Position numbers and translations under genes: made by a program | IMG/VR virus record: IMGVR_UViG_3300032235_000437 | Location: 16,447-80,446 of that record | Source: a virus | Reading direction: 5' to 3' (one strand) | DNA length: 64,000 bases | Notes under the pieces: generated by a model | Told to the model about the DNA's origin: nothing | What the model saw: only the letters and a program-made list of their open reading frames with translations | The model's database searches: none | Part shown: piece by piece, positions 20,118 through 29,508 of the stretch | Layout of the letters: each line of letters opens with the position of its first letter | How positions within the stretch are numbered: position 1 is the first letter of the stretch

Positions 20118-20146
20118 ATAATAGCATACTTTTAGAAAAGAGTCCA
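20118..20146 (-). promoter_or_regulatory. Antisense sigma70-type promoter
   Basis: On - strand TGGACT-17-TATTAT with extended TG (TGcTATTAT), pointing into the intergenic element. Confidence 0.55.
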
Positions 20147-20151
20147 AGTCT

Positions 20152-21114
20152 ATGATTAGAATTTTAAGTTCAGCTGACTGGCATGTTAATTTACACCGAA
20201 AAAAGATACCAGCTCATTGGCAGATGAGACGTTTTCAGATGCTTTTTGAGCGACTGCTAGAGTTGGAAGATCGGTGTGATGTACATGTTATTGCAGGCGA
20301 CCTATTCGATAAAGAACCAGATCCAGATGAGATCTGCTTAGTTCTTTCATATTTAAACTCTGTGCAAAAGCCAACACTAGTTATTCCAGGAAACCATGAA
20401 GCTACTTCAAAAGGCCGTACATTCTGGGAACACTTTAAGTTGGAGAATACAATTAAAAATCCACTAGTACACATCTTTACAGAAAATTCTCGATTTGAAG
20501 TGTTAGGACAAGGATTTTGTTTATTTCCATATGGCTCTGTACAGACTAATAATCTTCCGCACTATGTAGAAGATGATATACTTGTAACTCATATTCGTGG
20601 TGAAGTGCCTCCGCATATTACTGCTGAGTATGATTTTGAAAAGCTGCGTCCTTGGAAACTTGTGTTGTTAGGTGATCTACACTTTAGACATAAGTACAAA
20701 GACTATCCAGTTTACTACCCTGGTTCGCCGCTTAACACAACTTTTGATCGCGATGATAAGCGTGAATATGGAGTTGATATTATTACGATGCGCAGCATTG
20801 ACGACTATGCTGTTAACTTTGTTGATTTGAAGCTACCAAAGCTAATTCGTCGCACAGTATCAGTCAATCAGCAGATGGTTCAAGACATCTACCATCACGT
20901 TATCTATGAAGTAACCGGATCAATTGATGAACTAGCACTAGTTAAAAAGACTGATATGCTAGATAAAAAGATGGTAGAAAAGCCTACAACAGATGCTACT
21001 CTTGATTTAAAAGACAAGAGTTTGTATGAAGAACTTGAAATATATCTACAGTATATTAAGGTTTCTGACGCAGAATCAGTGTTAACCGCGTTTAAACAGT
21101 TAGGAATACAATGA
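20152..21114 (+). CDS. D12: SbcD/Mre11-like recombination nuclease (T5 D12)
   Basis: ADWH, GDLFD, GNHE, GDLH, YPGSP metallophosphoesterase motifs. Confidence 0.92.
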   Translation: MIRILSSADWHVNLHRKKIPAHWQMRRFQMLFERLLELEDRCDVHVIAGDLFDKEPDPDEICLVLSYLNSVQKPTLVIPGNHEATSKGRTFWEHFKLENTIKNPLVHIFTENSRFEVLGQGFCLFPYGSVQTNNLPHYVEDDILVTHIRGEVPPHITAEYDFEKLRPWKLVLLGDLHFRHKYKDYPVYYPGSPLNTTFDRDDKREYGVDIITMRSIDDYAVNFVDLKLPKLIRRTVSVNQQMVQDIYHHVIYEVTGSIDELALVKKTDMLDKKMVEKPTTDATLDLKDKSLYEELEIYLQYIKVSDAESVLTAFKQLGIQ

Positions 21115-22940
21115 CAGAAATAGTATTAAAGCAACTTAGCTTTTCAAACATGTTTTCTTATGGAAGCGATAATAGTATTGATCTAAATCGTAACCGCATT
21201 ACACAACTAACTGCTGTTAACGGATCTGGTAAGTCGTCTATTGCACTAATCCTACAAGAACTGCTGTATAGCAAGAATGTTAAAGGCATTAAAAAAGGCG
21301 ACATTATAAATCGCTATATCAAAGACAAAAACTGGAATGGCGCAATAAGCTTTACAGTAGATGATGTAGACTATGATCTATCAGTTAAACGATCTGGAGC
21401 GTCAACAAAGGTAGAACTGCGTCAAAACGGCGTTGATATTTCAGAACACAAAGTAGTTGATACATATAAAAAGATACAAGAAATTCTTGGTCTAGATTTT
21501 GAAATATTTTCACAGATCACGTATCAATCATCTGTTGATTTGCTAGATTTTCTAAAAGCTACAGATACAAACCGTAAAAAGTTCTTAATCAATCTGTTCA
21601 ATTTAGAAAAATACATTACAATTGGTGAGCGCATTAAAGCACGCAGCAGTGAAACTGAAAAAGAACAGATTAAACTGCAAGGCGAGCTAAAGTCCATTGA
21701 AGACTTTTTAAATAATACTAGTATTCCCGAACTTATGCACTTTAAAGCTGAGATTCAAGTAGATACTAGCACAGATGTTCGTGTAGCCGAGATTGATAAC
21801 GAGCTACTAAACATTAATGCTACTTGTAAGCGTATTGACAAGAACAATATGTACATTAGTGAGCGTGATTCTCTTACTTTTGATCTATCAATGCGCTATC
21901 CAGAGCCGTTTGCCTATGCAAATGAGTATCAAGCTCTAAAATTTGATCTTACTAGCCTTAATAACGACATTCAGCGTATGCAAAAAGAGTGTGATGGCGT
22001 AAAGATCAACGATTCTTGCCCTGCTTGCGGACAAACAATCGATAATTCTCATTTAGTACGCATTCAACGAGAACTTCAAGACAAAATACAGACAGCTAAG
22101 CAAGCTTACACCGAAGGACTTGCAAAAGCTAAGCGTTGGAGTGAAGAATTAACCGAAGCTAACACAGCACATAAGGCTTTTAGCATCAATAAAACAGCTA
22201 TTCAGCGTTTTGAAGAGTTAAGTCAGCTAATTGACAACGATTTACCTCGTAAATACCCTGATCATGCAGCTTTAACGCGTGAACGCAGCCAACTACAGCA
22301 GCAAATAGACGAGCGTAACAGGCTTGTTAGAGAAGTAACAGACCATAATAAGCGTGTAAGTGCTCATAATGCTAAAGTAGAGGCACTTAAAGAGCAAAAA
22401 TCAGATTTTATAATTAGACAAGACAGATTAAAAACAGATATACTTAATAAGTCGTCAGAAGCAAATGCGTTAAATGTCTTGAAAAAAGCCTTTAGCACTT
22501 CTGGAATTGTAGCTTTTAAGTTAGAGAGCCTAACTAAAGAGCTAGAAACGACAATTAATTATTATCTATCTGTACTAAGCGATGGTCAATTTCAAGTAGA
22601 GTTCTCACTAGACAAAGAGAAGCTTAATATCAATGTTATTAACAATGGTATAAGCGCTCCTATTGAAACAATGTCTGGTGGCGAATTTAGCAGAATTCAA
22701 ACTTCAATACTATTAGCAATTCGTAGTCTGCTCTCCAAATTAGGCGGAAGCAGTATAAACTTGTTGTTTCTAGATGAAATTACCGGAGTTCTGGATGATG
22801 AAGGAAAAGAAAAGCTTGTGGAGGTTCTTCAGCGTGAAGATAATCTAAATGTGTTTCTAATCTCTCATGATTTCACACACCCACTAATAGACAAAGTATC
22901 TATACAAAAAATTGATAATATTAGCTCTATACAAGGCTGA
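21111..22940 (+). CDS. D13: SbcC/Rad50-like ATPase (T5 D13)
   Basis: NGSGKSS, coiled coil with CPACG zinc hook, MSGGE, LFLDE, ISH. Confidence 0.93.
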   Translation: MTEIVLKQLSFSNMFSYGSDNSIDLNRNRITQLTAVNGSGKSSIALILQELLYSKNVKGIKKGDIINRYIKDKNWNGAISFTVDDVDYDLSVKRSGASTKVELRQNGVDISEHKVVDTYKKIQEILGLDFEIFSQITYQSSVDLLDFLKATDTNRKKFLINLFNLEKYITIGERIKARSSETEKEQIKLQGELKSIEDFLNNTSIPELMHFKAEIQVDTSTDVRVAEIDNELLNINATCKRIDKNNMYISERDSLTFDLSMRYPEPFAYANEYQALKFDLTSLNNDIQRMQKECDGVKINDSCPACGQTIDNSHLVRIQRELQDKIQTAKQAYTEGLAKAKRWSEELTEANTAHKAFSINKTAIQRFEELSQLIDNDLPRKYPDHAALTRERSQLQQQIDERNRLVREVTDHNKRVSAHNAKVEALKEQKSDFIIRQDRLKTDILNKSSEANALNVLKKAFSTSGIVAFKLESLTKELETTINYYLSVLSDGQFQVEFSLDKEKLNINVINNGISAPIETMSGGEFSRIQTSILLAIRSLLSKLGGSSINLLFLDEITGVLDDEGKEKLVEVLQREDNLNVFLISHDFTHPLIDKVSIQKIDNISSIQG

Positions 22941-22979
22941 GGCACTAGGTAGAGATTTTTATGCGTAAGGAGAAACAAA

Positions 22980-25103
22980 ATGCTAACAATTGGTAAACAT
23001 CCAATTCTATTTCAATTCAAAAAAGACTTTAAAGAACGTCTACTAAATACCCCAGTAAATTGGGGATATGGCGGTTTATCCGCTTTCACATATTACCGCA
23101 CTTATTCACGTAAGAAGCCAAACGGTAAACTAGAAACTTGGCAAGAGTGTGTTGTACGAGTTATTGAGGGCATGTTCTCAATTCTTAAAACACATGCTAT
23201 TACATCAGAGCATACTTGGAATGAAAAGCGTGCTCATAAGCTAGCTGAAGAAGCTGCAGAACGTCTACTAGCATTCAAATGGACACCACCAGGTCGCGGA
23301 CTATGGATGATGGGCACACCATTCGTATACGAAAAAGGCGGAGCCTGTCTAAATAACTGCGGTTTCGTATCTACAGAAAACATTGATGCAGAAATGTCAA
23401 AGCCTTTTGCGTTTCTAATGGATATGAGCATGGTTGGTGTTGGTATCGGATTTGATACTAAAGGAGCTGGTAAAGTAGCTGCATACGTGCCAGAAGGTGA
23501 TCCAGAAGTAATCACAGTAGAAGACAGTCGTGAAGGCTGGGTTGAGTTAATTTCTTGTTTAATTGATTCTTATCTAGAAGAAGGTTCTACACCAGTCGAA
23601 CCAGACACAAGCCTAGTACGTGCTTATGGAGAGCCTATTCACGGGTTTGGTGGCGTAGCTTCTGGCCCAGAACCATTAGTACAAGGCTTCTACGGTATTA
23701 AAGATATTCTAGAAAAGCGTGCGCTAAGCGAAAATCCACTACTAACTTCTGTAGACATTACTGATATTATGAATATTATCGGTAAGATTGTAGTTGCTGG
23801 TAACGTTCGCCGTACAGCAGAAATTGCTTTCGGCGAGCCAGAAGACGAAGAATTTGCTAATATGAAGAACTGGGAACAGTTCGGAGTAGAAACAGGTTCG
23901 CTAGCACCACACGAACTAGAGCTAGTTAACACAGATGACTATAATGAGTACAATAACAACTGGGATTCACGAGCCGCTATTGCTCGCAAGTATACTACAG
24001 AAGATTGGGCTTATAAGTTTGGCGGATGGCGCTGGGCTTCTAACAACTCTATATTTGCTCGTGTAGGTATGGATTACACAGAAGTAGCTAAGAAAGTTGC
24101 TTCTAATGGTGAGCCTGGATTTGCTTGGTTAGAAACTATGCAAGCTTATGGTCGTATGAAAGACCCAGCTGATCACAAAGATCACCGCGTTCGTGGTGGA
24201 AATCCTTGCTTAGAGCAATCACTAGAGCCATATGAACTATGCTGCCTAGTTGAATCTTTCCCCGCAAAGCATGACGACTACTGGGATTATCAGCGCACAC
24301 TAAAATTTGCTTATCTATATGCAAAAACTGTTACCCTAGTACCAACTCACTGGAAAGAAACTAATGACGTTATTAAGCGTAACCGTCGTATTGGTACTTC
24401 TCAGAGCGGCATTCAAGAAGCTATGCTTAAGTTTGGTCGTAAAAAGTATCTAGAACAGTTCTGTGATCAAGCATATAACTATGTTAACTACCTAGATAAG
24501 AAGTATAGTGAATGGTTAGGTGTACCACTGTCTATCAAGAAGACAAGCGTTAAGCCTAGCGGTACTGTATCACTAGTAGCAGGTGCGCTTCCGGGTATTC
24601 ACTATGCTAAGGCTGAAAGCTACTATCGTTTAATTCGTGTAGCAAATACTTCTAATCTACTACCTATTCTACGTGCTGCTAACTATCGTATTGAAGACTC
24701 TATTACAGACCCTCTCAAGACTAGTGTAGTTTATTTCCCAGTCACACACGCAGAAGGTACTATTAGTGACAAAGATGTATCTATCTGGGAACAATTTGCT
24801 AATGCTGTAGACCTACAACATTACTGGGCAGATAACCAAGTATCTATCACTATCTCATTCCAACCACATGAGAAAGATCAGATTGCTCGTGCTCTTAGCT
24901 GTTTTGACAATAAGTTAAAAGGTGTAAGCTTGCTTCCTCTATCTGATCATGGCTATGCTCAAGCACCATATACTCAGGCTCCTAGAGAAGAAGTATTAGC
25001 TTATGCAGAGCAGCTACTACCGCTTGACTTTAGTAGCTTAACTCATGAAGGCGAAAATGCAGACGCTAATAAATTCTGTGATGGTGATGCTTGCTTGATC
25101 TAA
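22980..25103 (+). CDS. nrdJ: Class II adenosylcobalamin-dependent ribonucleotide reductase (monomeric RTPR type)
   Basis: PPGRGLW, LNNC, GNVRRTA, NPCLEQ..ELCCLVE, KPSGT, WADNQVS, C-terminal CDGDAC; no small subunit adjacent. Confidence 0.93.
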   Translation: MLTIGKHPILFQFKKDFKERLLNTPVNWGYGGLSAFTYYRTYSRKKPNGKLETWQECVVRVIEGMFSILKTHAITSEHTWNEKRAHKLAEEAAERLLAFKWTPPGRGLWMMGTPFVYEKGGACLNNCGFVSTENIDAEMSKPFAFLMDMSMVGVGIGFDTKGAGKVAAYVPEGDPEVITVEDSREGWVELISCLIDSYLEEGSTPVEPDTSLVRAYGEPIHGFGGVASGPEPLVQGFYGIKDILEKRALSENPLLTSVDITDIMNIIGKIVVAGNVRRTAEIAFGEPEDEEFANMKNWEQFGVETGSLAPHELELVNTDDYNEYNNNWDSRAAIARKYTTEDWAYKFGGWRWASNNSIFARVGMDYTEVAKKVASNGEPGFAWLETMQAYGRMKDPADHKDHRVRGGNPCLEQSLEPYELCCLVESFPAKHDDYWDYQRTLKFAYLYAKTVTLVPTHWKETNDVIKRNRRIGTSQSGIQEAMLKFGRKKYLEQFCDQAYNYVNYLDKKYSEWLGVPLSIKKTSVKPSGTVSLVAGALPGIHYAKAESYYRLIRVANTSNLLPILRAANYRIEDSITDPLKTSVVYFPVTHAEGTISDKDVSIWEQFANAVDLQHYWADNQVSITISFQPHEKDQIARALSCFDNKLKGVSLLPLSDHGYAQAPYTQAPREEVLAYAEQLLPLDFSSLTHEGENADANKFCDGDACLI

Positions 25104-25663
25104 GCAGCCCATGTATTAAACTGTGCAGGCTCCATAATGGAGTCTGCATAGGCTGTAGACGAACTCAAGATGAAATCAGAGAGTGGTACTATGGCGACAG
25201 TAATATTAGACAAAGAATACTAGATAGGATAAATATGAAAGTTAAATTTGTAAAAGATCACGAAAACGCGCAGCTACCAACATATGGTACAGCAGGTGCT
25301 GCTGGAGCAGATATATACAGCGTACATGAGTATGCTATTGCGCCAGGGGGTCACGCATTAGTAGATACAGGATTAAAATGCAATATTCCTGAAGGTTTTG
25401 AACTGCAAGTACGACCACGTTCAGGATTGGCATTAAAGAATAAAATCACAGTACTTAATAGTCCAGGTACTATTGATAGTGATTATACTGGTAAACTAGG
25501 AGTGATTTTAATGAACCACTCAGATACGATTTTTACTGTAAAGCCTGGCGACAGAATTGCACAAATAGTAGTAGCTCCTGTTGTACAAGCTAAGTTTGAA
25601 TGGGCAGAAGAGACAAAAGACACAGAACGAGGTTCTGGCGGTTTCGGTTCTACAGGAGTTTGA
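25091..25663 (+). CDS. dut: dUTPase with in-frame N-terminal DUF1289-like Cys motif; possible internal start at 25235
   Basis: AGADI, RPRSGLA, GTIDSDYTG, RIAQ, RGSGGFGSTG; N-terminal SPCIKLC...CIGCRRT.DEI..W. Confidence 0.93.
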   Translation: MLDLSSPCIKLCRLHNGVCIGCRRTQDEIREWYYGDSNIRQRILDRINMKVKFVKDHENAQLPTYGTAGAAGADIYSVHEYAIAPGGHALVDTGLKCNIPEGFELQVRPRSGLALKNKITVLNSPGTIDSDYTGKLGVILMNHSDTIFTVKPGDRIAQIVVAPVVQAKFEWAEETKDTERGSGGFGSTGV

Positions 25664-25664
25664 T

Positions 25665-25892
25665 ATGAAAGCTATTGTATGGTCAACCGCTACTTGCAGC
25701 TTTTGTAAACAAGCAAAAACACTACTAGATAAACATAATATTCCTTATGAAGAACGCATGATTGGCTCTGAATGGACCAAAGAGCAACTTCTAGAAGAAG
25801 TACCCCACGCACGTACAGTTCCTCAAATTTTTATTGATGAAATTTACGTGGGAGGTTATACTGAATTAGTGAGTCACTTAAGCGGCTCATAA
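25665..25892 (+). CDS. Glutaredoxin
   Basis: CSFC, TVPQIF, GGY; start corrected to ATG 25665 (MKAIVWS). Confidence 0.9.
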   Translation: MKAIVWSTATCSFCKQAKTLLDKHNIPYEERMIGSEWTKEQLLEEVPHARTVPQIFIDEIYVGGYTELVSHLSGS

Positions 25893-25904
25893 AAAGGAAT
25901 ATTA

Positions 25905-26630
25905 ATGACTAGAAATACAGCTAAACAAAAATCACGCGTAGTCACAGAGCAAGGTGCTCGTAAGATAAGAATTGATGACTTAGCTAGCTTAACTCCTCTA
26001 ACAGAGAAGCAGGCTGAGACAGTAGTTGCTTATAATAAAGATAAGAATCTCTTATTACACGGTATTGCTGGAACAGGTAAGACATTCTTGGCTACTAGCT
26101 TAGCACTAGAAGAAGTGTTAGATCCGTCTAATGATTATAAAGCTTTATATTTTGTACGGTCTATCGTACCTACAAGAGATATTGGCTTTTTAAAAGGCGA
26201 CGATAAAGAAAAGATAGCTGTATATGAGGCTCCCTACAAAGCTATTTGTGGGGAGCTTTTTAATAAAACAGATTCCTATGATACTCTAAAGAATCAAGGA
26301 GCAGTTAGTTTTATAAGTACATCTTTTATTAGAGGCTTGACACTTAATGACTGTATTATAATTGTAGACGAATTTGAGAACTTATCTTTTCACGAGTTAG
26401 ATAGTATTATTACAAGAATGGGTAATAACAGTAAGATTATTTTCTGTGGAGATTACACACAAAGTGATTTAACTAAGACTAATGAGAAGAATGGTTGTCT
26501 AGACTTCATGAAAATCTTAAAAAGCATGAATGACTTTACTTTTATTGAGTTTGGTATTGAGGATATTGTCCGAGGAAAGACTGTTAAAAATTATATTATT
26601 AACAAGTATAAGTTAGGACTACACATATAA
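25905..26630 (+). CDS. phoH: PhoH-like ATPase
   Basis: GIAGTGKT, GFLKG, FIRGLT, VDE, TRMG, GDYTQSD, DIVR. Confidence 0.93.
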   Translation: MTRNTAKQKSRVVTEQGARKIRIDDLASLTPLTEKQAETVVAYNKDKNLLLHGIAGTGKTFLATSLALEEVLDPSNDYKALYFVRSIVPTRDIGFLKGDDKEKIAVYEAPYKAICGELFNKTDSYDTLKNQGAVSFISTSFIRGLTLNDCIIIVDEFENLSFHELDSIITRMGNNSKIIFCGDYTQSDLTKTNEKNGCLDFMKILKSMNDFTFIEFGIEDIVRGKTVKNYIINKYKLGLHI

Positions 26631-27085
26631 TGGTAAATAGAAGTAAAATTAAAGGGTCAGCCTATGAAGCAAAGATAAAAGACATACTCAATGCTACTTT
26701 CCCTAATATTCAGTTTGAGCGTGTGCCTCTAAGCGGCGCGATTGAATATTTAAAAGGCGACATATGGACACCTCACGATACGGCAGCTTGGCCGTGGTGT
26801 ATAGAAGCAAAACACTATGCAGAGCTTGAGTGGAACAATCTACTAACATCGAAAACTACTGATATACTAAATTTCTGGAAGCAAACGCTAAGAGAAGCAG
26901 AAGTAATGAAGAAGAAGCCGTTACTTATATTTCGCTGGAACCGCTCAAAAGATTTTGTAGCTTTTAGTGACGATATAGTAATAGAATCTTTTATAGAAGT
27001 AAAATCGTTTGGATATAGCTTTAAGATAGCTTTGCTAGACGATTGGCTAAAAGCCGTGAAAAGTCAAACTAGTCTTGCTAAGTAG
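26630..27085 (+). CDS. D14: T5 D14-like PD-(D/E)XK endonuclease / Holliday junction resolvase
   Basis: SK.KG..YE, RVPLSGA, KGD, IEAKHY, W.Q...EA. Confidence 0.8.
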   Translation: MVNRSKIKGSAYEAKIKDILNATFPNIQFERVPLSGAIEYLKGDIWTPHDTAAWPWCIEAKHYAELEWNNLLTSKTTDILNFWKQTLREAEVMKKKPLLIFRWNRSKDFVAFSDDIVIESFIEVKSFGYSFKIALLDDWLKAVKSQTSLAK

Positions 27086-27103
27086 TTATATTATTGTTAT
27101 TAT
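27075..27103 (+). promoter_or_regulatory. Sigma70-type promoter for D15
   Basis: TTGCTA-17-TATTAT with extended TG. Confidence 0.75.
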
Positions 27104-27129
27104 GAATAATGTAATAAGGAATATAACAA

Positions 27130-27972
27130 ATGACAAAATCATGGAATGATTTAGAAGACGTAAAGTCTTTCGACTATGAAGAATTTAATAATCTACTAAT
27201 CCTAGACGCTAACAACGTATCTTATCGCTTTCTACAGCGTAATAACTACAACTCGTATACAGAAGAGTTTAGGCGTACAGTACAATCACTAGCTAAGTCA
27301 TACAAAGCAAAGCGTACTATTGTGTGTTTTGACTTCGGTAAGTCTTACTATCGTATGAACTTGCTTGGTGATTATAAAGGTACTCGTAAAAAGCCGGAAG
27401 AACCAGAAGAAATCAAACGCTATGAAGAGTTCTTTGATGTGCTTAATAAGCTACCAGAAGAACTAGATGAAGAAGTATTAAAGTTTCGTGGTATTGAAGC
27501 AGACGATTTACTTACTTATCTAACTCAACAAGTATCTCCTCGTTATGAGCATACTTGGATTGTTTCTTCCGACAAAGACTTAATTCAACTACTAGATACT
27601 AACATCTCTATTTTTAATATCTTTTCTCGTAAAGAAGTAACTATTAATACGCTACAAGAAGATACAAGTCTAACTCCTAGCGAGTTTATGATGTCACGTA
27701 TTATTGAAGGCGATAAAAGCGACAATATTATTGGCATTGAAGGTATCGGTCCTAAGCGCGCGCAAGCATTGGCTAAAGAATACAAAACTCTAGACAATTT
27801 GCTAAAAGCGCTACCAATCAAAGGTAAGTCTCAGTATATCTCTAATCTAAATGCTGGACGTGAAAGACTAATTCTAAACGAAAAACTAATTAACCTAAAA
27901 CGTTACTATCAAGATGCTATTTCTGCTGGTAAAGAAGGCGATAACCCGCTCGACATACTTAGCGAACTATAA
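27130..27972 (+). CDS. D15: 5'-3' exonuclease / flap endonuclease (T5 D15)
   Basis: N-terminus MTKSW, LILD, YKGTR, EADD, SSDKD, GDKSDNI.GI.GIGPK. Confidence 0.95.
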   Translation: MTKSWNDLEDVKSFDYEEFNNLLILDANNVSYRFLQRNNYNSYTEEFRRTVQSLAKSYKAKRTIVCFDFGKSYYRMNLLGDYKGTRKKPEEPEEIKRYEEFFDVLNKLPEELDEEVLKFRGIEADDLLTYLTQQVSPRYEHTWIVSSDKDLIQLLDTNISIFNIFSRKEVTINTLQEDTSLTPSEFMMSRIIEGDKSDNIIGIEGIGPKRAQALAKEYKTLDNLLKALPIKGKSQYISNLNAGRERLILNEKLINLKRYYQDAISAGKEGDNPLDILSEL

Positions 27973-27973
27973 G

Positions 27974-28005
27974 AAAAAGGCGTCAGTAGTTCTGACGCCT
28001 TTTTT
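27974..28005. terminator. Bidirectional rho-independent terminator
   Basis: AAAAAGGCGTCAG-TAGTT-CTGACGCCTTTTT. Confidence 0.9.
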
Positions 28006-28164
28006 ATAAAAATAATTTTAAATAGTGTTTCTATGTAGCTTCAACATTCTAAGTTGTAAAACTATATATAAATCAATATCGTCCAGTACTTAAATTATGC
28101 TGTGCTTGGATACGTAAACGCTTTCCAGAATCTATTTTTTGGAAAATTTTTTAAGAAAGAAACT

Positions 28165-28842
28165 ATGACAAAAACATATAACGAAATTATGAACGTACGG
28201 CTTATTGGCTATACTCAGCCTGTAGAAGACCTAGAAGAAGATATTAATGATGTACAAGAATTAATTGCCTTCTGCGCTAAAGTATCTAATCCACAACTAC
28301 AAGATGATTTTTCTCGTTCAGAGCGACTATTAAACTATCTTATTAAGCATAAGCACTGGAGTCCTTTTGAAATGGCAAGTGCTACTATGGAAGTTAGCAC
28401 AACTCGTGATATTGCTCGTCAATTCTTACGTCACCGTAGCTTTAGCTTTCAAGAGTTTTCTCAGCGCTATGCTAACCCAGCAGAAATGGGTGACATGTTT
28501 GTGCTACGTGAAGCACGGCTACAAGATTTAAAAAATCGGCAAAATTCTATTGAAATTCATGATGAAGCTCTACAAGCTGCGTGGAATGCTAAGCAGCTTA
28601 AAGCAATTGAAGCAGCGCGTAAAGCATATAACTGGGCTATCAAAAAAGGTATCGCAAAAGAACAGGCTCGCGTAGTCCTACCAGAAGGTAATACGATATC
28701 TAAACTATATGTACAAGGAACTATTCGTTCTTGGATTCATTACATCGAACTTCGTTCGGCAAATGGAACCCAACGAGAGCATATGGCTCTAGCTGTAGCT
28801 TGTGCAGAAGCGATCACAAAAATATTCCCTATGATTACATAA
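28165..28842 (+). CDS. thyX: Flavin-dependent thymidylate synthase
   Basis: HWSPFE, RHRSFSFQEFSQRY, AKEQAR.VLP, TQ.EH; start probably 28165 or 28189. Confidence 0.96.
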   Translation: MTKTYNEIMNVRLIGYTQPVEDLEEDINDVQELIAFCAKVSNPQLQDDFSRSERLLNYLIKHKHWSPFEMASATMEVSTTRDIARQFLRHRSFSFQEFSQRYANPAEMGDMFVLREARLQDLKNRQNSIEIHDEALQAAWNAKQLKAIEAARKAYNWAIKKGIAKEQARVVLPEGNTISKLYVQGTIRSWIHYIELRSANGTQREHMALAVACAEAITKIFPMIT

Positions 28843-28844
28843 CA

Positions 28845-28919
28845 AAAAAGGGAGCCTAAGCTCCCTTTTTCTTCTTTGGTTTTTTGACAGAAGGCGGTTT
28901 TTTAGCCGCCTTCTTTTTT
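28845..28919. terminator. Tandem terminators at convergence of early and late arms
   Basis: AAAAAGGGAGC-CTAA-GCTCCCTTTTT (28845-28870) and AGAAGGCGGT...GCCGCCTTCT-TTTTT (28889-28919). Confidence 0.9.
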
Positions 28920-28953
28920 ATCTTCATGCTCTGAGTAAAAGGCTCAGCAGCTA

Positions 28954-29151
28954 TCATGGTTTTTCAGTACGAACACGCTGTAAAAGAGGGTTTTTCACTT
29001 CTTTTACGACTAGCTTATCACCTTCACGGTAGTATGTTTTAGTAGCAGCATCGACTTTTGGGTCATATGCTTCACGCATACCGTAACGGTTGTCACCAAT
29101 CTTTATTGTTGTACCGTTGCGGGTATCAGCACCAGAAAGTGACTTTGCCAT
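28954..29151 (-). CDS. Hypothetical protein
   Basis: ORF tightly coupled to upstream gene. Confidence 0.6.
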   Translation of the reverse strand: MAKSLSGADTRNGTTIKIGDNRYGMREAYDPKVDAATKTYYREGDKLVVKEVKNPLLQRVRTEKP

Positions 29152-29152
29152 C

Positions 29153-29488
29153 TTACTTCATGTCCTTAATAACACGTCCGCCCATACCACGAGTTACGTC
29201 TTCGCTTGCAACAGATACTGCTCCGTTTGTAGCACCGCGATTACCCGCTTTAGTAAATGAACGGCTATGACTTACGTCACCCATCATTACTGCCCCTTGG
29301 TTAATATAGCCGTCAGCACCTTTTAGCACTTGATTTGGGCTTGCCTTACCTGCAGGACGAGAATCTTTGGAACCTTCAAAGGATGTACGTTGTGTTCCAC
29401 CCATTGGAGTAGTAGGAGCTGTTTTAGCATTTTTGACAAGTTTAAGATCTTCTGTGATCCCAGTGACTTCTTTTTTAATCATTGCCAT
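29153..29488 (-). CDS. Hypothetical low-complexity protein
   Basis: AAGGAG RBS; G/K/T-rich. Confidence 0.65.
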   Translation of the reverse strand: MAMIKKEVTGITEDLKLVKNAKTAPTTPMGGTQRTSFEGSKDSRPAGKASPNQVLKGADGYINQGAVMMGDVSHSRSFTKAGNRGATNGAVSVASEDVTRGMGGRVIKDMK

Positions 29489-29508
29489 TTTATAAAGTCT
29501 CCTTAAAA

